A stretch of DNA of 62,162 nucleotides from assembly GCA_045531485.1 (NCBI GenBank), contig JAZSEC010000010.1:1-62162 (forward strand), given 5' to 3'. Position 1 is the first letter of the stretch; each line of letters opens with the position of its first letter. The notes under the pieces are model-generated. The model was not told the origin of the DNA and did no database searches. It worked only from the letters and a program-made list of their open reading frames with translations. Origin of the DNA: Eubacteriales bacterium. Lineage in GTDB: Bacteria > Bacillota > Clostridia > Oscillospirales > CAG-272. The position numbers and the translations under genes were made by a program. Below, in pieces: positions 11,901 to 21,207 of the stretch.

Positions 11901-12494
11901 GATCAATGCTACTCTCTCGCAATCTTTACTAATTGCACAAACAGCGGTACTGTGAGCGGAAACGCTAACGTCGGTGGTTTTGTTGGAGATCAATATGTCC
12001 GCAAAACAACCTTTACCAATTGCACAAATAATGGTGCCGTTAGTGGACAGGAATTTGTCGGTGGTTTTATTGGATACAATTATGACTCAAAATTGACCGA
12101 TTGCACAAATATAGGCAATGTTAGTGGACGATATTCCGTCGGTGGTTTGGTTGGGAAGACATTTGGCACTATCTCCTTTACCGATTGCACGAATATCGGT
12201 AATATTAGTGGAAATAGGTACATCGGTGGAATCGTCGGAAGCTGTGACAAGTGCATTGCAACTTTTACAGGCTGCACAAACAGCGGTACTATCAGCGGAG
12301 ATTACAGTGTCAGTGGTTTTGTCGGAGATCAATTCTCAACTTCAGCGACCTTTACCGATTGCACAAACAACGGTGACATCAGCGGACAGGAATATGTCGG
12401 CGGATTTGTTGGAGAGCATGATTTCTCCTCCTCCTCAACTTATACAGGCTGCACAGACAACGGAAAACCTATCGAGGACACATCTACCCAATAA
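8982..12494 (+). CDS. large surface lipoprotein with Fn3-like domains and a C-terminal GLUG-type beta-helix repeat region
   Basis: Lipobox LSSC; repeated VKxTYTYxLNDGxG motif; YYVLTNDIDL...GVFDGNGYSIKN followed by ~8 FTxCTNxGxVSG-x-VGGxVG repeats. Confidence 0.8.
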   Translation: MKKLLAFLLIFVCLSLVLSSCGIIGGSGNGGNGDNGSGSGDGAKKRVPIYQGMSISSDKLMASAEIPMTWAGTNNGNGNNGDNGNHYGQFKGDHEGKGEEIDKDNPFPENGAGESIENEAESSIKVEGAVHEIYYAEPNQDIYIYIHIDNPDSFEIMSFTLNDKKYSSYMFEDGSDMETIILKYNVGNASGIVEYTIDAIKYVDGTEIKDVLIDGDKTVRAGVKTENQVSSAISGVNIGTNSISFNANITDNDGLVAFFGGKLCAVIYDGFEIVAEQELSLGENSVSFDGLKTNTIYQYAVVGYYDDLAGGGFGMNVLLKDAFCTESVVLFSDISVWKDGIDFGLLWHESCEAKQLISLKLYQNDRLVKELSPDATSVKELLSASTYTLIAEYSNGGEAESIYLEFTTCEKVTPVINLNKNSITQSSISFIITEEDEESVGSITKIELIHKNGTTVAENVDVREFTELLSGNEYTVKVTYTYDLNDGNGEQTIVSEVTTATLAKAKPVIEIDKATLTQNDVKASHTITDVDGTLIDYRFDLYKGAMLVKGEAKEINFNSLTYYTEYTVKLTYTYNLNDGKGIQTVSEEYKYTTLPYIDVTGCNIANTSAVSEGDTIFMQVTLDNPLNMTVESVVINGETYNVTGASTAKKIFVEIVYNGQFAGGDTHLKIDKVNAKIDNTIVSVEPKSELADNVFINGKLEVISLEFVNENFETITYSLGSDRIFVLLTLDNPTGYDIDDMKESNVMTGPKKDFIKIDNNHWYYEYFWNWEGGMDETVRIDMENISYSNEYINKTVETDTSTSALMLISNREPIYISTADDLLRMSAGRYYVLTNDIDLSGREWIGGKLSGVFDGNGYSIKNMSFVGTVTNSSIYPGLFSYADGSIENLHIKNATIIADTPFDGSTYAGFFVGCGYNVSFTNCSIDENSIISMNKAQAVGGFAGCIDKSISIFTNCTNSGAVSGNNNVGGFVGDQCYSLAIFTNCTNSGTVSGNANVGGFVGDQYVRKTTFTNCTNNGAVSGQEFVGGFIGYNYDSKLTDCTNIGNVSGRYSVGGLVGKTFGTISFTDCTNIGNISGNRYIGGIVGSCDKCIATFTGCTNSGTISGDYSVSGFVGDQFSTSATFTDCTNNGDISGQEYVGGFVGEHDFSSSSTYTGCTDNGKPIEDTSTQ
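11838..12463 (+). repeat. intragenic tandem GLUG-like repeats (~27-30 aa, ~8 copies)
   Basis: TGCACAAACAGCGGT-like sequence recurs at ~81-90 bp spacing. Confidence 0.85.
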
Positions 12495-12563
12495 GTTTTT
12501 TGAGCGGCTGCCAATGGCAGTCGCTCATTTATTAACCTATTATTTCAAGGCGAAGAAGAATTT

Positions 12564-12594
12564 AAAAAAGAGCAGGGTTTCCCTGCTCTTTTTT
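12564..12594. terminator. bidirectional intrinsic terminator
   Basis: AAAAAAGAGCAGGG-TTT-CCCTGCTCTTTTTT between convergent genes. Confidence 0.85.
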
Positions 12595-12597
12595 CTT

Positions 12598-13473
12598 TTA
12601 TAAATTTTCGTTTAGCTTACTGTAAATCTCTTCGGCTATTTGGGCGATCCTTTTAGCCTCGGACTTGTCGGCTGTATTCAGCGGCTTCTTTCTGGGGGTG
12701 CCCCAGATGTCGAAGAGCCAGGGGCCGATCCACTGGCCCGCACGGCAGTCGGTGAAGATGCCGTCAAGAATGGAAAGGCATGCCTTATCGGGATTCATGA
12801 AGATGATCTTCATCGGATACTTTATAAGGGCAAAGAGTGCGGGGGGATAGTGATTCGTAATACCGGTAAAGCTGATGCCGGGATGAGTTACAGAAATAGA
12901 CTCGCCATCCAGGGCGAAAAGCGAGTAGGTAAGATAACGCTTTGCGTTGCCGTAAACCAGGCTTGCCTTGGTTCTTGTCGCAAAATCGACGTCACGTATG
13001 TCTATTTTTGAGTAATTATGTGCTATGCTGCTGACAGCAACTATTCTGCCACCCCTCTCCTTTATGTCGGGAAGCAGCCTTCTCGCAAGGTAGTATGGCG
13101 AGATGAAATTGATCTGAAACACGTTATCATATCCCGTATCGCAGGTGTGTCTTGGAATGCTGTAAGCACCGGCGTTAAGAATGAGATAATCTATCTCCAT
13201 ATCGGATAGCTCATCTGCGGCTGCCTTAACCGACGCCATATCCGACATATCCGCCGTCACGAGAGTCACGTCAATATCATCAAAAATCGCCTCAAGATCG
13301 GCGGCAAGGTCGGCAGATTTTTCTCTGTTTCGATCCACCAATACCAGATCTGCCCCCAGGGTTGCCAGATGGTAGCACAGCTCTCTGCCGAGCCCACCCG
13401 TAGAGCCACTGATTGCAACCGTCCTGCCCTCAAGGGATGCGGTATTATTATCTATCCACTTTTCAACGCTCAT
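12598..13473 (-). CDS. SDR-family NAD(P)-dependent oxidoreductase
   Basis: SGSTGGLG, LILNAG, YGNAK (YxxxK) and HPG motifs; ATG at 13473 with a GAGGTG RBS. Confidence 0.9.
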   Translation of the reverse strand: MSVEKWIDNNTASLEGRTVAISGSTGGLGRELCYHLATLGADLVLVDRNREKSADLAADLEAIFDDIDVTLVTADMSDMASVKAAADELSDMEIDYLILNAGAYSIPRHTCDTGYDNVFQINFISPYYLARRLLPDIKERGGRIVAVSSIAHNYSKIDIRDVDFATRTKASLVYGNAKRYLTYSLFALDGESISVTHPGISFTGITNHYPPALFALIKYPMKIIFMNPDKACLSILDGIFTDCRAGQWIGPWLFDIWGTPRKKPLNTADKSEAKRIAQIAEEIYSKLNENL

Positions 13474-13629
13474 TTTTTTGCACCTCAATTTGTTATATCG
13501 ACAGTATATCACAAAGTTGTTAATAAATCAAGTATTTAAAAATATATAGATTTTTTTGACAAATGGTTGAAAAACACTGTCTGATTATGTTAAAATAACA
13601 ATACAAAAGCTTTATTAAGGAGAAATACT

Positions 13630-16404
13630 ATGAAAAGAATTTTTCTGCTTCTGTTAGTTTTAATTCTGTCCCTTTCACTCATCACCTCCTGCGGCGTTAT
13701 TGAAAACATCGTTGGATCGCTGGGCGGAGATGGCTTCGGTGACGGATCAAACGGCAACGAGGATGACAATAACCCCGGCAGCGACCCCGACGATAAACCC
13801 GGTAACGAGGAAAATCCTGACGATAACCCCGACGGCAGCAAGCCCGAGGACAACCCCGGTAACAGCAAGCCTGAGGACAACCCCGGCGACACCGAGGATG
13901 CGGTAAAGTATACATACAACAATTTCACCTTCTCCGAGAAGGCATTGCTTGAGCGTGTGGTAGGAGCGGTAATTCCCTTCGCCCCCAACAACGAATACTA
14001 CGTAGAGGAGGCCTACGACGACGTATATGAAAAGGATTACGTAAGCTTCTATACCTTCGGCAATACCCAGAGCGACTTTGATGCATATCTCAGCTCCTTT
14101 ACCGATTATGAGCTGGTAGACAGCTTTGAGGACGATTACGGCGATACCTGGTACTGCCTTGAGGGTCCTGCGTACGTTGAGCTCAGCTTCTATTATTACG
14201 AGGGCGAGTACGTTATCGACGTATACGCATACTCTCTTTCCGACGACGGTGAGGGCGGTGACGTTGGCGGCGGTGACGTTGGCGGCGACGATCCCGACGG
14301 CTACACCTACACAGAGTTCACAAGCTCTGATAAGGCACTCTTCAACCAGATAGTAGGCGTTGTTATTCCCTTTATTCCTACAAATGACTATTACGTTGAG
14401 GAATACTACGACGAGTATTACGAGGAGACCTGCATAAGCTATTACACCTTTGGCAATACCCAGAGCGACTTTGATGCATACCGTAAGCTTTTCACAGCCT
14501 ATGAGCTGGTCGAAACATACGAGGATGATTACGGCGATACCTGGTACTGCTACGACGGTCCTGCCTACGTAGAAATGTGCTTCTATTACTACGAGGGCAA
14601 CTACGTGGTTGATATTTACGTTTATACCGCACTCGGTGAGGGCGGTGACGTTGGCGGCGGTGACGTTGGTGGCGGTGAAATCGGCAGCGATTATCTCTAC
14701 ACCTCCTTTACAAGTGCTGACGAGTTCATCTTCAACCAGATAGTAGGCGTTGTAGTTCCCTTCATTCCCACAAACGAGTATTACGTTGAAGAATACTACG
14801 ACGAATATTACGAGGAGACCTGCGTAAATTATTATACCTATGGAAACACCCAGAGCGACTTTAATGCATATCTCGATCGACTCGCTGGATATGAACTGGT
14901 CGATACGTACGAGGACAGCTACGGTGATACATGGTATTGCTATGACGGTCCTGCATACATAGAGATCTGCTTCTACTACTACGAGAGCAACTACGTTATC
15001 GATGCTTATGTTTATACCGCTGACGGATCCGGTGGTGATATCGGTGGCGGCGACATTGGCGGCGGTGACGTTGGTGATGACGGCAAGGAAATAATCTCCA
15101 ACGAGGGTGCAGGTTTGCCCGAGGGAACCGACGGCGTATACGACGTTGATTTCACCGACGCGGAGATAGTTAAGGACGTAACCGATCAGGGCTATTATAT
15201 TGACGGATGTCCCACGGTTGGAAGCCCTGCGGTGCTGGTTATTCCCATTGAGTTCAGCGATTCTACCGCTATAAGCAAGGGCTGTAGCATTGACAAGATC
15301 GTCAAGGCATTCTGCGGTGAGAACGGCAGCACCGACTACTACTCGGTGGATGAGTATTATTATATCTCAAGCTACGGCAGAGTTGATCTTGACATAACCG
15401 TAATCGACGAGTGGTTCCGCCCCCAATACTCCAGCAGCTATTACAAGAATATGTCCGGCAGCAACAGTGATATGGGCGACCAGATAATTCTCGACGAGGC
15501 TCTGGCATATCTTTCCACCTTTATGGATCTCTCCAAGTTCGACTCCGACGGCAACGGTGTTATCGACGCGGTAGTGCTTATTAACACTCTCGAGATCGGT
15601 GACGACGACTTTAATTGGGCGTACAGATACTGGAACACCTACACCGACGAGGACGGATATTACTACGAATACGACGGTGTTAGTGCCAATGACTATCTCT
15701 GGGCATCCTATTTCTTCCTCCAGGAAAGCTATGACGCAGACGGTGACACTATTTACACCGACACAAGCGTAATCAACCCATACACCTTCATCCACGAATT
15801 CGGTCACGTTCTCGGTGCGGACGACTACTATGATACCTCCTATTCGAGCAATCATCCCCTTGACGGCTGCGATATCATGGACGGTATGACCGGCGACCAT
15901 AATCCCTATTCCAAGTTCAATTACGGATGGATAACCGAATCCAGACTGGTTACCACCGACGGCAGCATTACCCTGACTCTTGACAGCTTTACCAAGACAG
16001 GCGATACCATTATTATTGCAAACAACTGGGATCCCACCCTTGGTGCTTATCAGGAATATTACGTGATCATGTACTACACTCAGGACGGACTTAACGGCGG
16101 CGACTACGGCTACTTTATACGTGAGGGAATCGTAGTTTACCACGTAAACTCCACTCTCTACCGCGAGGTATACAGTGGTGAGGTATATTATGACGTATAC
16201 AACACCAACACCGACTCCTCCGACCAATACGGAACCGAGGATAATCTCCTTGAATTCGTAAGATCGGGCGAGGGCAACATAACCTACGTGGCAGGTGACA
16301 GCATGCCTACAGTCGTAGACGATCAGGATAACCTGCTCTGCTACACCTTCACCGTTGACTCTCTCGACGGCGACACAGCAACTATTACCTTCAACAAAAG
16401 ATAA
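13630..16404 (+). CDS. lipoprotein, M6-like (immune inhibitor A-type) zinc metalloprotease with three N-terminal Tyr/acidic repeat domains
   Basis: Lipobox ITSC; LVIPIEFSD, SVDEYYYISSYG, FDSDGNGVIDAV, HEFGHVLGADDYY, DIMD and KFNYGWI motifs. Confidence 0.85.
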   Translation: MKRIFLLLLVLILSLSLITSCGVIENIVGSLGGDGFGDGSNGNEDDNNPGSDPDDKPGNEENPDDNPDGSKPEDNPGNSKPEDNPGDTEDAVKYTYNNFTFSEKALLERVVGAVIPFAPNNEYYVEEAYDDVYEKDYVSFYTFGNTQSDFDAYLSSFTDYELVDSFEDDYGDTWYCLEGPAYVELSFYYYEGEYVIDVYAYSLSDDGEGGDVGGGDVGGDDPDGYTYTEFTSSDKALFNQIVGVVIPFIPTNDYYVEEYYDEYYEETCISYYTFGNTQSDFDAYRKLFTAYELVETYEDDYGDTWYCYDGPAYVEMCFYYYEGNYVVDIYVYTALGEGGDVGGGDVGGGEIGSDYLYTSFTSADEFIFNQIVGVVVPFIPTNEYYVEEYYDEYYEETCVNYYTYGNTQSDFNAYLDRLAGYELVDTYEDSYGDTWYCYDGPAYIEICFYYYESNYVIDAYVYTADGSGGDIGGGDIGGGDVGDDGKEIISNEGAGLPEGTDGVYDVDFTDAEIVKDVTDQGYYIDGCPTVGSPAVLVIPIEFSDSTAISKGCSIDKIVKAFCGENGSTDYYSVDEYYYISSYGRVDLDITVIDEWFRPQYSSSYYKNMSGSNSDMGDQIILDEALAYLSTFMDLSKFDSDGNGVIDAVVLINTLEIGDDDFNWAYRYWNTYTDEDGYYYEYDGVSANDYLWASYFFLQESYDADGDTIYTDTSVINPYTFIHEFGHVLGADDYYDTSYSSNHPLDGCDIMDGMTGDHNPYSKFNYGWITESRLVTTDGSITLTLDSFTKTGDTIIIANNWDPTLGAYQEYYVIMYYTQDGLNGGDYGYFIREGIVVYHVNSTLYREVYSGEVYYDVYNTNTDSSDQYGTEDNLLEFVRSGEGNITYVAGDSMPTVVDDQDNLLCYTFTVDSLDGDTATITFNKR
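13906..15015 (+). repeat. three ~110-aa domain repeats (period 393/390 bp) joined by (GGDVG)n linkers
   Basis: Copies start at 13906, 14299 and 14689 and share VIPFxPxNxYYVEE...YTxGNTQSDF...EDxYGDTWYCxxGPAY. Confidence 0.92.
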
Positions 16405-16444
16405 ATCCGTATTACAATAAAAAATAAAGAAAGGGAGCATAAAT

Positions 16445-18253
16445 ATGAAAAGATTAATTGCTTTGGCATTGGTGCTTATGCTGACGGTAGGAAGCCTTAC
16501 CTCCTGCCTGTTCTTTGGTGCAGGCGATCTTATCGACCTTCTTCTCGATCCTACGCCCGGCTATTATACATATCAGGACTTTACCGATGGTGAAAAGGCT
16601 CTCTTTCAAACCCACGTAGGCCTTGTGATACCCTTTGCACCCACTGATGAATATGACGTCAGCGGCTATTACGGTGAGGATAATTACGAGGACGGAATGC
16701 GTTTTTGTGCCTACGGTAATACCGAGGAGGATTTTGAGGAATACAAGGCCCTATACTCCGATTATGAGCTTGTTCACACCCAGCCTGATGATGACGGAGA
16801 TCTGTGGTACACCTACATTATTGACGGTGTTATCGTGGATATGTCCTTCTACTTCTATGGCGGAAGCAGCGTTATCGACGTGCTGGTATACCTTGATACC
16901 TACCAGATCACCGATATGGGAGTTCTTACCAACGAGGGCAAAGGACTCCCGGATGGTGAAAACGGGATATATCCCATTGATTTTTCCAAGGCGGAGCATG
17001 CAGATAACGTAGGCGACCTATATAATTACGATGGCGGATGTCCCACCGTAGGTAATCCTAAGGTGCTGGTTATTCCCGTGGAATTTAAGGATGCCACCGC
17101 AAAATCGAAGGGATATAAGCTGAGCAACATCCGACGTGCATTTACGGGCGGTGCAGGTGAAACCGATTATTACTCTGTTGACGAGTACTACAAGCTGTCA
17201 AGCTACGGCCAGCTCGATCTTGATATAACTATTCTTGACGAGTGGTTTATGCCACAGAACCGCAGCTCCTATTACAAGGATGCCACGATGGATTACTACG
17301 GCGAGGAGATAAATATAGGAGATCAGCTTATTTTAAACGAGGCACTTGACTACCTTGATGAAAGGATGGATCTGTCAGAATTTGACTCGGATGGAAACGG
17401 AATCATAGACGCGGTGGTTATGATAAACACCCTTAACGTAGATGACGATCAGGACTTCCACTGGGCGTACAGATACTGGAACCTTTACACCGACGAAAAC
17501 GAAGAATTCTACGAATATGACGGCGTAAGAGCTAACGATTATCTCTGGATAGCATACGGCTTTATGCACGAAAAGGTCAGCCTTGGAAACCGTCACACCT
17601 ATTACGACACCTCGGTTATGAATCCCTTCACCTTTATTCACGAGTTCGGACATATTCTCGGTGCTAACGATTATTACAATATGGACAGCACCGTTCTGAG
17701 CCCTATGCAGGGTCTTGATATTATGGATGAAACGCTAGGCGATCACAATCCCTTTACCAAGTTCCATTACGGCTGGATAAAGACCTCAAGACTGGTGACA
17801 ACCGACGGCAGTATAACGCTTACGCTGAAGCCCTTTACAACCAGCGGTGACACGGTTATTCTTGCCACCAACTGGGACGACACTCTCGGTGCATATCAGG
17901 AGTATTACGTAATCGCATATTACACGAAAACGGGGCTGAATAACGTGAAGGACGGTTATTTTGATGAAAGCTGTATAGTCGTCTATCACGTCAACGCCTC
18001 TCTATACTACGAGGCGAGCACTACCAGAACCTTCTATTATCTGAACAACGACAACAGTGCCCTTGGCAGTGAGTACTATTCTGCCAGACATCTTATAGAG
18101 CTTCAGTGTACCAATAATCCCCTCGACTATTCCTTTGGTGTAGGTGCTACAATGCCTCAGGTGAAGGACGACCTTGGAAACAGACTGGAATACAATATCA
18201 GGGTTGTTTCCTTGAGTGATGGAGAGGCGAAAATTACTATTACTAAAAACTAA
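16445..18253 (+). CDS. lipoprotein, M6-like zinc metalloprotease (paralog with a single repeat domain)
   Basis: Lipobox LTSC; HEFGHILGANDYY; colinear with the preceding protein. Confidence 0.85.
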   Translation: MKRLIALALVLMLTVGSLTSCLFFGAGDLIDLLLDPTPGYYTYQDFTDGEKALFQTHVGLVIPFAPTDEYDVSGYYGEDNYEDGMRFCAYGNTEEDFEEYKALYSDYELVHTQPDDDGDLWYTYIIDGVIVDMSFYFYGGSSVIDVLVYLDTYQITDMGVLTNEGKGLPDGENGIYPIDFSKAEHADNVGDLYNYDGGCPTVGNPKVLVIPVEFKDATAKSKGYKLSNIRRAFTGGAGETDYYSVDEYYKLSSYGQLDLDITILDEWFMPQNRSSYYKDATMDYYGEEINIGDQLILNEALDYLDERMDLSEFDSDGNGIIDAVVMINTLNVDDDQDFHWAYRYWNLYTDENEEFYEYDGVRANDYLWIAYGFMHEKVSLGNRHTYYDTSVMNPFTFIHEFGHILGANDYYNMDSTVLSPMQGLDIMDETLGDHNPFTKFHYGWIKTSRLVTTDGSITLTLKPFTTSGDTVILATNWDDTLGAYQEYYVIAYYTKTGLNNVKDGYFDESCIVVYHVNASLYYEASTTRTFYYLNNDNSALGSEYYSARHLIELQCTNNPLDYSFGVGATMPQVKDDLGNRLEYNIRVVSLSDGEAKITITKN

Positions 18254-18254
18254 T

Positions 18255-18292
18255 AAAAAAACAGACGCAATTTTCTTTTGCGTCTGTTTTTT
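18255..18292. terminator. bidirectional intrinsic terminator
   Basis: AAAAAAACAGACGCAA...TTGCGTCTGTTTTTT between convergent genes. Confidence 0.85.
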
Positions 18293-18320
18293 GTGTAAAT
18301 ATGCAAATTTTAGTTTACAT

Positions 18321-19817
18321 TTATTCGGAAATTTTCGAGATGAAGCGATGAAAGGCCGCTTTGCCCTCGGGCGTTCTCTTAAACACTCCGGCATCAAGAA
18401 GCACCTTCTTAAACACCTTACCTATCTCGTCCTTGATAATGTCCTGTGCATTTTCCGCAGAGAATTCGGGATGATCGCAAAGCAGCTGCTCTGCCCAATC
18501 GGCGTGCGAAGCGAGCTTAGGATCGGAGCGGATATCCTCTCCACACAGCAGTGCCTTCTCAAGAAGAAGGATCTCGTCAGCCAATCTTGCAGGAAGGATG
18601 GCAAGACCCATAACCTCAATAAGTCCGATATTTTCCTTCTTAATATGATGAAGCTCGGGTGCAGGATGATATAGACCTATAGGACGGTCGGGAGTAGTAA
18701 TATTGTTGCGAAGAACAAGGTCGCAAACGTAAGAGTCGCCGCTCTTTCTCGCTATTGGAGTAATGGTATTATGAGGAGTTCCGTCGGTCTCAGCAAAAAT
18801 ATACGCCTCGGGATCGGTATATCCACGCCATGCGGTAAGAACCGTATTACAACACTCGGAAAGAGCTTTCTTATCGCCGGAGATAAGTCTGATGACCGAC
18901 ATAGGCCACTTAACTATACCCGCCTTAACGTCGGGATATCCCTTAACGGTAAATTCCTCCTCTATGGGAGAAAGCTCCATGGCGAAGGTATATCTGCCAC
19001 CCTGGAAATGCTCGTGAGAGAGAATAGAGCCGCCTACGATGGGAAGGTCGGCGTTGGAGCCAATGAAATAATGAGGAAGATACTCGATAATATCAAAGAG
19101 CTTGCCAAACACCTTATCATCTATTTTCATAGGAATATGTGCGTTATTAAAGGCGATACAATGCTCGTTATAATAGCCGTAGGGAGAATATTGAAGCGAC
19201 CATCTCTCACCTGCCACAGTGATAAGCACGGGAATAAGATTCTGTCTTGCGGGGTGGGTCGTATGACCTGCAAAGCCTGTGTTTTCAAGGCAAAGCTGAC
19301 ACTTAGGATAGCCTGATGCCTTGGCAGTCTTTGCCGCGGCGATATCGCGAGGATCCTTCTCCGGCTTGGAACGGTTTATGCTGATATCAAGCGTTCCGTA
19401 CTCGCAGTCGTGAGTCCACTTGATATCCCTCTCGATCCTTGCCGCCCTTACGTAATTCACGTCACGGCTGAACATATAGTACCAGTCGGTAGCGTCCTCG
19501 GGAGAAAGCTCGTAGCGTTCCTCAAATTTTGCGATGACCTCTCTGGGCATAGGCATAAGCATACCCATAATTCGAGTATCAAAAAGATCGCGGGAATTCT
19601 GAGTGTCAGTGATAATTCCCTGCTCTATGGCATAATCAAGAATGGGTGAGAGTATCTCATCAACCGTCATGCTTCCCGCATCGACATTTCTCTCCTGCCA
19701 ATCGGAAATATTCAGCAGGTCGAGAAGCCTGTTGCGAACGTAGAGGGTGTCCTCCACGGTGATTATATTTTTTCTTACTCCGTAGTCCAGTAGTCGTTCT
19801 ATTGCTTCGTAAATCAT
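18321..19817 (-). CDS. galT: UDP-glucose--hexose-1-phosphate uridylyltransferase (Gram-positive type II GalT)
   Basis: SKPEKDPRDIAAA, YPKCQLCLEN, QYSPYGYYNEHCI, GSNADLPIVGGSILSHEHFQGG, HHIKKENIGLIEVMG. Confidence 0.96.
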   Translation of the reverse strand: MIYEAIERLLDYGVRKNIITVEDTLYVRNRLLDLLNISDWQERNVDAGSMTVDEILSPILDYAIEQGIITDTQNSRDLFDTRIMGMLMPMPREVIAKFEERYELSPEDATDWYYMFSRDVNYVRAARIERDIKWTHDCEYGTLDISINRSKPEKDPRDIAAAKTAKASGYPKCQLCLENTGFAGHTTHPARQNLIPVLITVAGERWSLQYSPYGYYNEHCIAFNNAHIPMKIDDKVFGKLFDIIEYLPHYFIGSNADLPIVGGSILSHEHFQGGRYTFAMELSPIEEEFTVKGYPDVKAGIVKWPMSVIRLISGDKKALSECCNTVLTAWRGYTDPEAYIFAETDGTPHNTITPIARKSGDSYVCDLVLRNNITTPDRPIGLYHPAPELHHIKKENIGLIEVMGLAILPARLADEILLLEKALLCGEDIRSDPKLASHADWAEQLLCDHPEFSAENAQDIIKDEIGKVFKKVLLDAGVFKRTPEGKAAFHRFISKISE

Positions 19818-19832
19818 AATGTCCTCGTGTTA

Positions 19833-21131
19833 TTAATTAGGTCTAAAGGATACTTCCTTTTTAAATGAGCCGGATTCACCCTCAATGTTGTAGGGCTTAA
19901 GCTCCAGGGTGGTTTTATCAAAATCAAGGAATATAGCCTCGGCACAGTAATCAAATACCAGCTGCTTGCCTCCCTCGGCGGTCAGAACAAGATAATCCTT
20001 ACCGTCAATCATCTGAAATTCCCATCTGCCGTTAAGGGCAACCTTTGCCTCGCCGACAGGGGTGGGTCTGTTATCATAATAACGGAAGGGTTCCAGCGAA
20101 AAGCTACCGTCCTCATTTATATAAAGGGAGCTTCCACCGATGCTGTAAATGGGGTAATAATACTTGCCATAGAATATTTTCTGATCTAAGGCAGCGGTTG
20201 TAAAGGCATATTCTACGTAATCGCCGTTGTCAAAGTATAGCGTAACAACGTATATACGGTTTGGCTCATAAGTAATTTCAAGGCTATCAAACCAGCCGCT
20301 GCGGGCTATTTCACGTCCGTCAGACATCTGCTGATCCATAGCATAGCTCATAACCACGCACTCATTAAACTTAGAAAAGCCGTAGTTCATATTATCGTAA
20401 TTTGCGGTGTAGAGTGAAAGCGTGTAGCTCTCGCCAAGGAGAAAACATTTATCTCCCCGTGAGGTAGCCTGAGTGTAGATATCGACGTTATTCTTCTCAT
20501 GACCGTTCCACAGATAATTTCCACGTGTCATGCCTCCGACATGGTTTGAGGAGTAGGAATGGTTATTATACTCATATCCCACGGAAATGTCTACAGAAGG
20601 AGGAGTATAATATGCATAGGGAACGTGCCCCAGAACGTCCACGCCACAAAGATCGTAGAAGGGTATGGAGCAGTTGCGAAATACCGTTCTTGGCCCTGCA
20701 TTATCACCGTCAGAGATCTTGGAGGTGCCGTCGGAAAAATCTATTTTGAGCGTCCAGCCACCACCGTCCATAACCGTTCCGACGGGCTCGTAATGATCCT
20801 TAATATTAAAAAGACCGTAGGAGTATATCTGATTTATAAATTCTCTCTCAGCCTCATCGGTAAACTGATAAAGGAGCTCTGTTTCGGTTATCAGCTTAAA
20901 TTCATCCGAGGAGTAGTCGGGATGTGTTTTAATACGGGTGGCGGTATTCTCCTCAAAGTCAAAGACGTACTCTACAGTAGCACCGCCCATATAGTCTACA
21001 GTCTTATAGCTTAAGGTAGTAAGAGGCGTACCATTGTATTCTCTGATAGGAAGAATTCCCCGTATGGCATCACAGCCCACAAGACAGGTCAAGATTGCAA
21101 GAGCAAGAAAAATTGACAGTATTCTTTTCAT
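19833..21131 (-). CDS. hypothetical lipoprotein
   Basis: 432-aa ORF with GAGAGGA RBS and lipobox LVGC; no family recognised. Confidence 0.75.
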   Translation of the reverse strand: MKRILSIFLALAILTCLVGCDAIRGILPIREYNGTPLTTLSYKTVDYMGGATVEYVFDFEENTATRIKTHPDYSSDEFKLITETELLYQFTDEAEREFINQIYSYGLFNIKDHYEPVGTVMDGGGWTLKIDFSDGTSKISDGDNAGPRTVFRNCSIPFYDLCGVDVLGHVPYAYYTPPSVDISVGYEYNNHSYSSNHVGGMTRGNYLWNGHEKNNVDIYTQATSRGDKCFLLGESYTLSLYTANYDNMNYGFSKFNECVVMSYAMDQQMSDGREIARSGWFDSLEITYEPNRIYVVTLYFDNGDYVEYAFTTAALDQKIFYGKYYYPIYSIGGSSLYINEDGSFSLEPFRYYDNRPTPVGEAKVALNGRWEFQMIDGKDYLVLTAEGGKQLVFDYCAEAIFLDFDKTTLELKPYNIEGESGSFKKEVSFRPN

Positions 21132-21168
21132 AATGATATCCTCTCTTTCTTTATTATGTTATCTAAAC

Positions 21169-21202
21169 ATCCCGAAGGCCTTAAAATATTAGCCTTCGGG
21201 AT
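21169..21202 (-). terminator. stem-loop / terminator after the GT2 gene
   Basis: ATCCCGAAGGC...GCCTTCGGGAT, an 11-bp stem just past the stop codon. Confidence 0.6.
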
Positions 21203-21207
21203 ACTTT

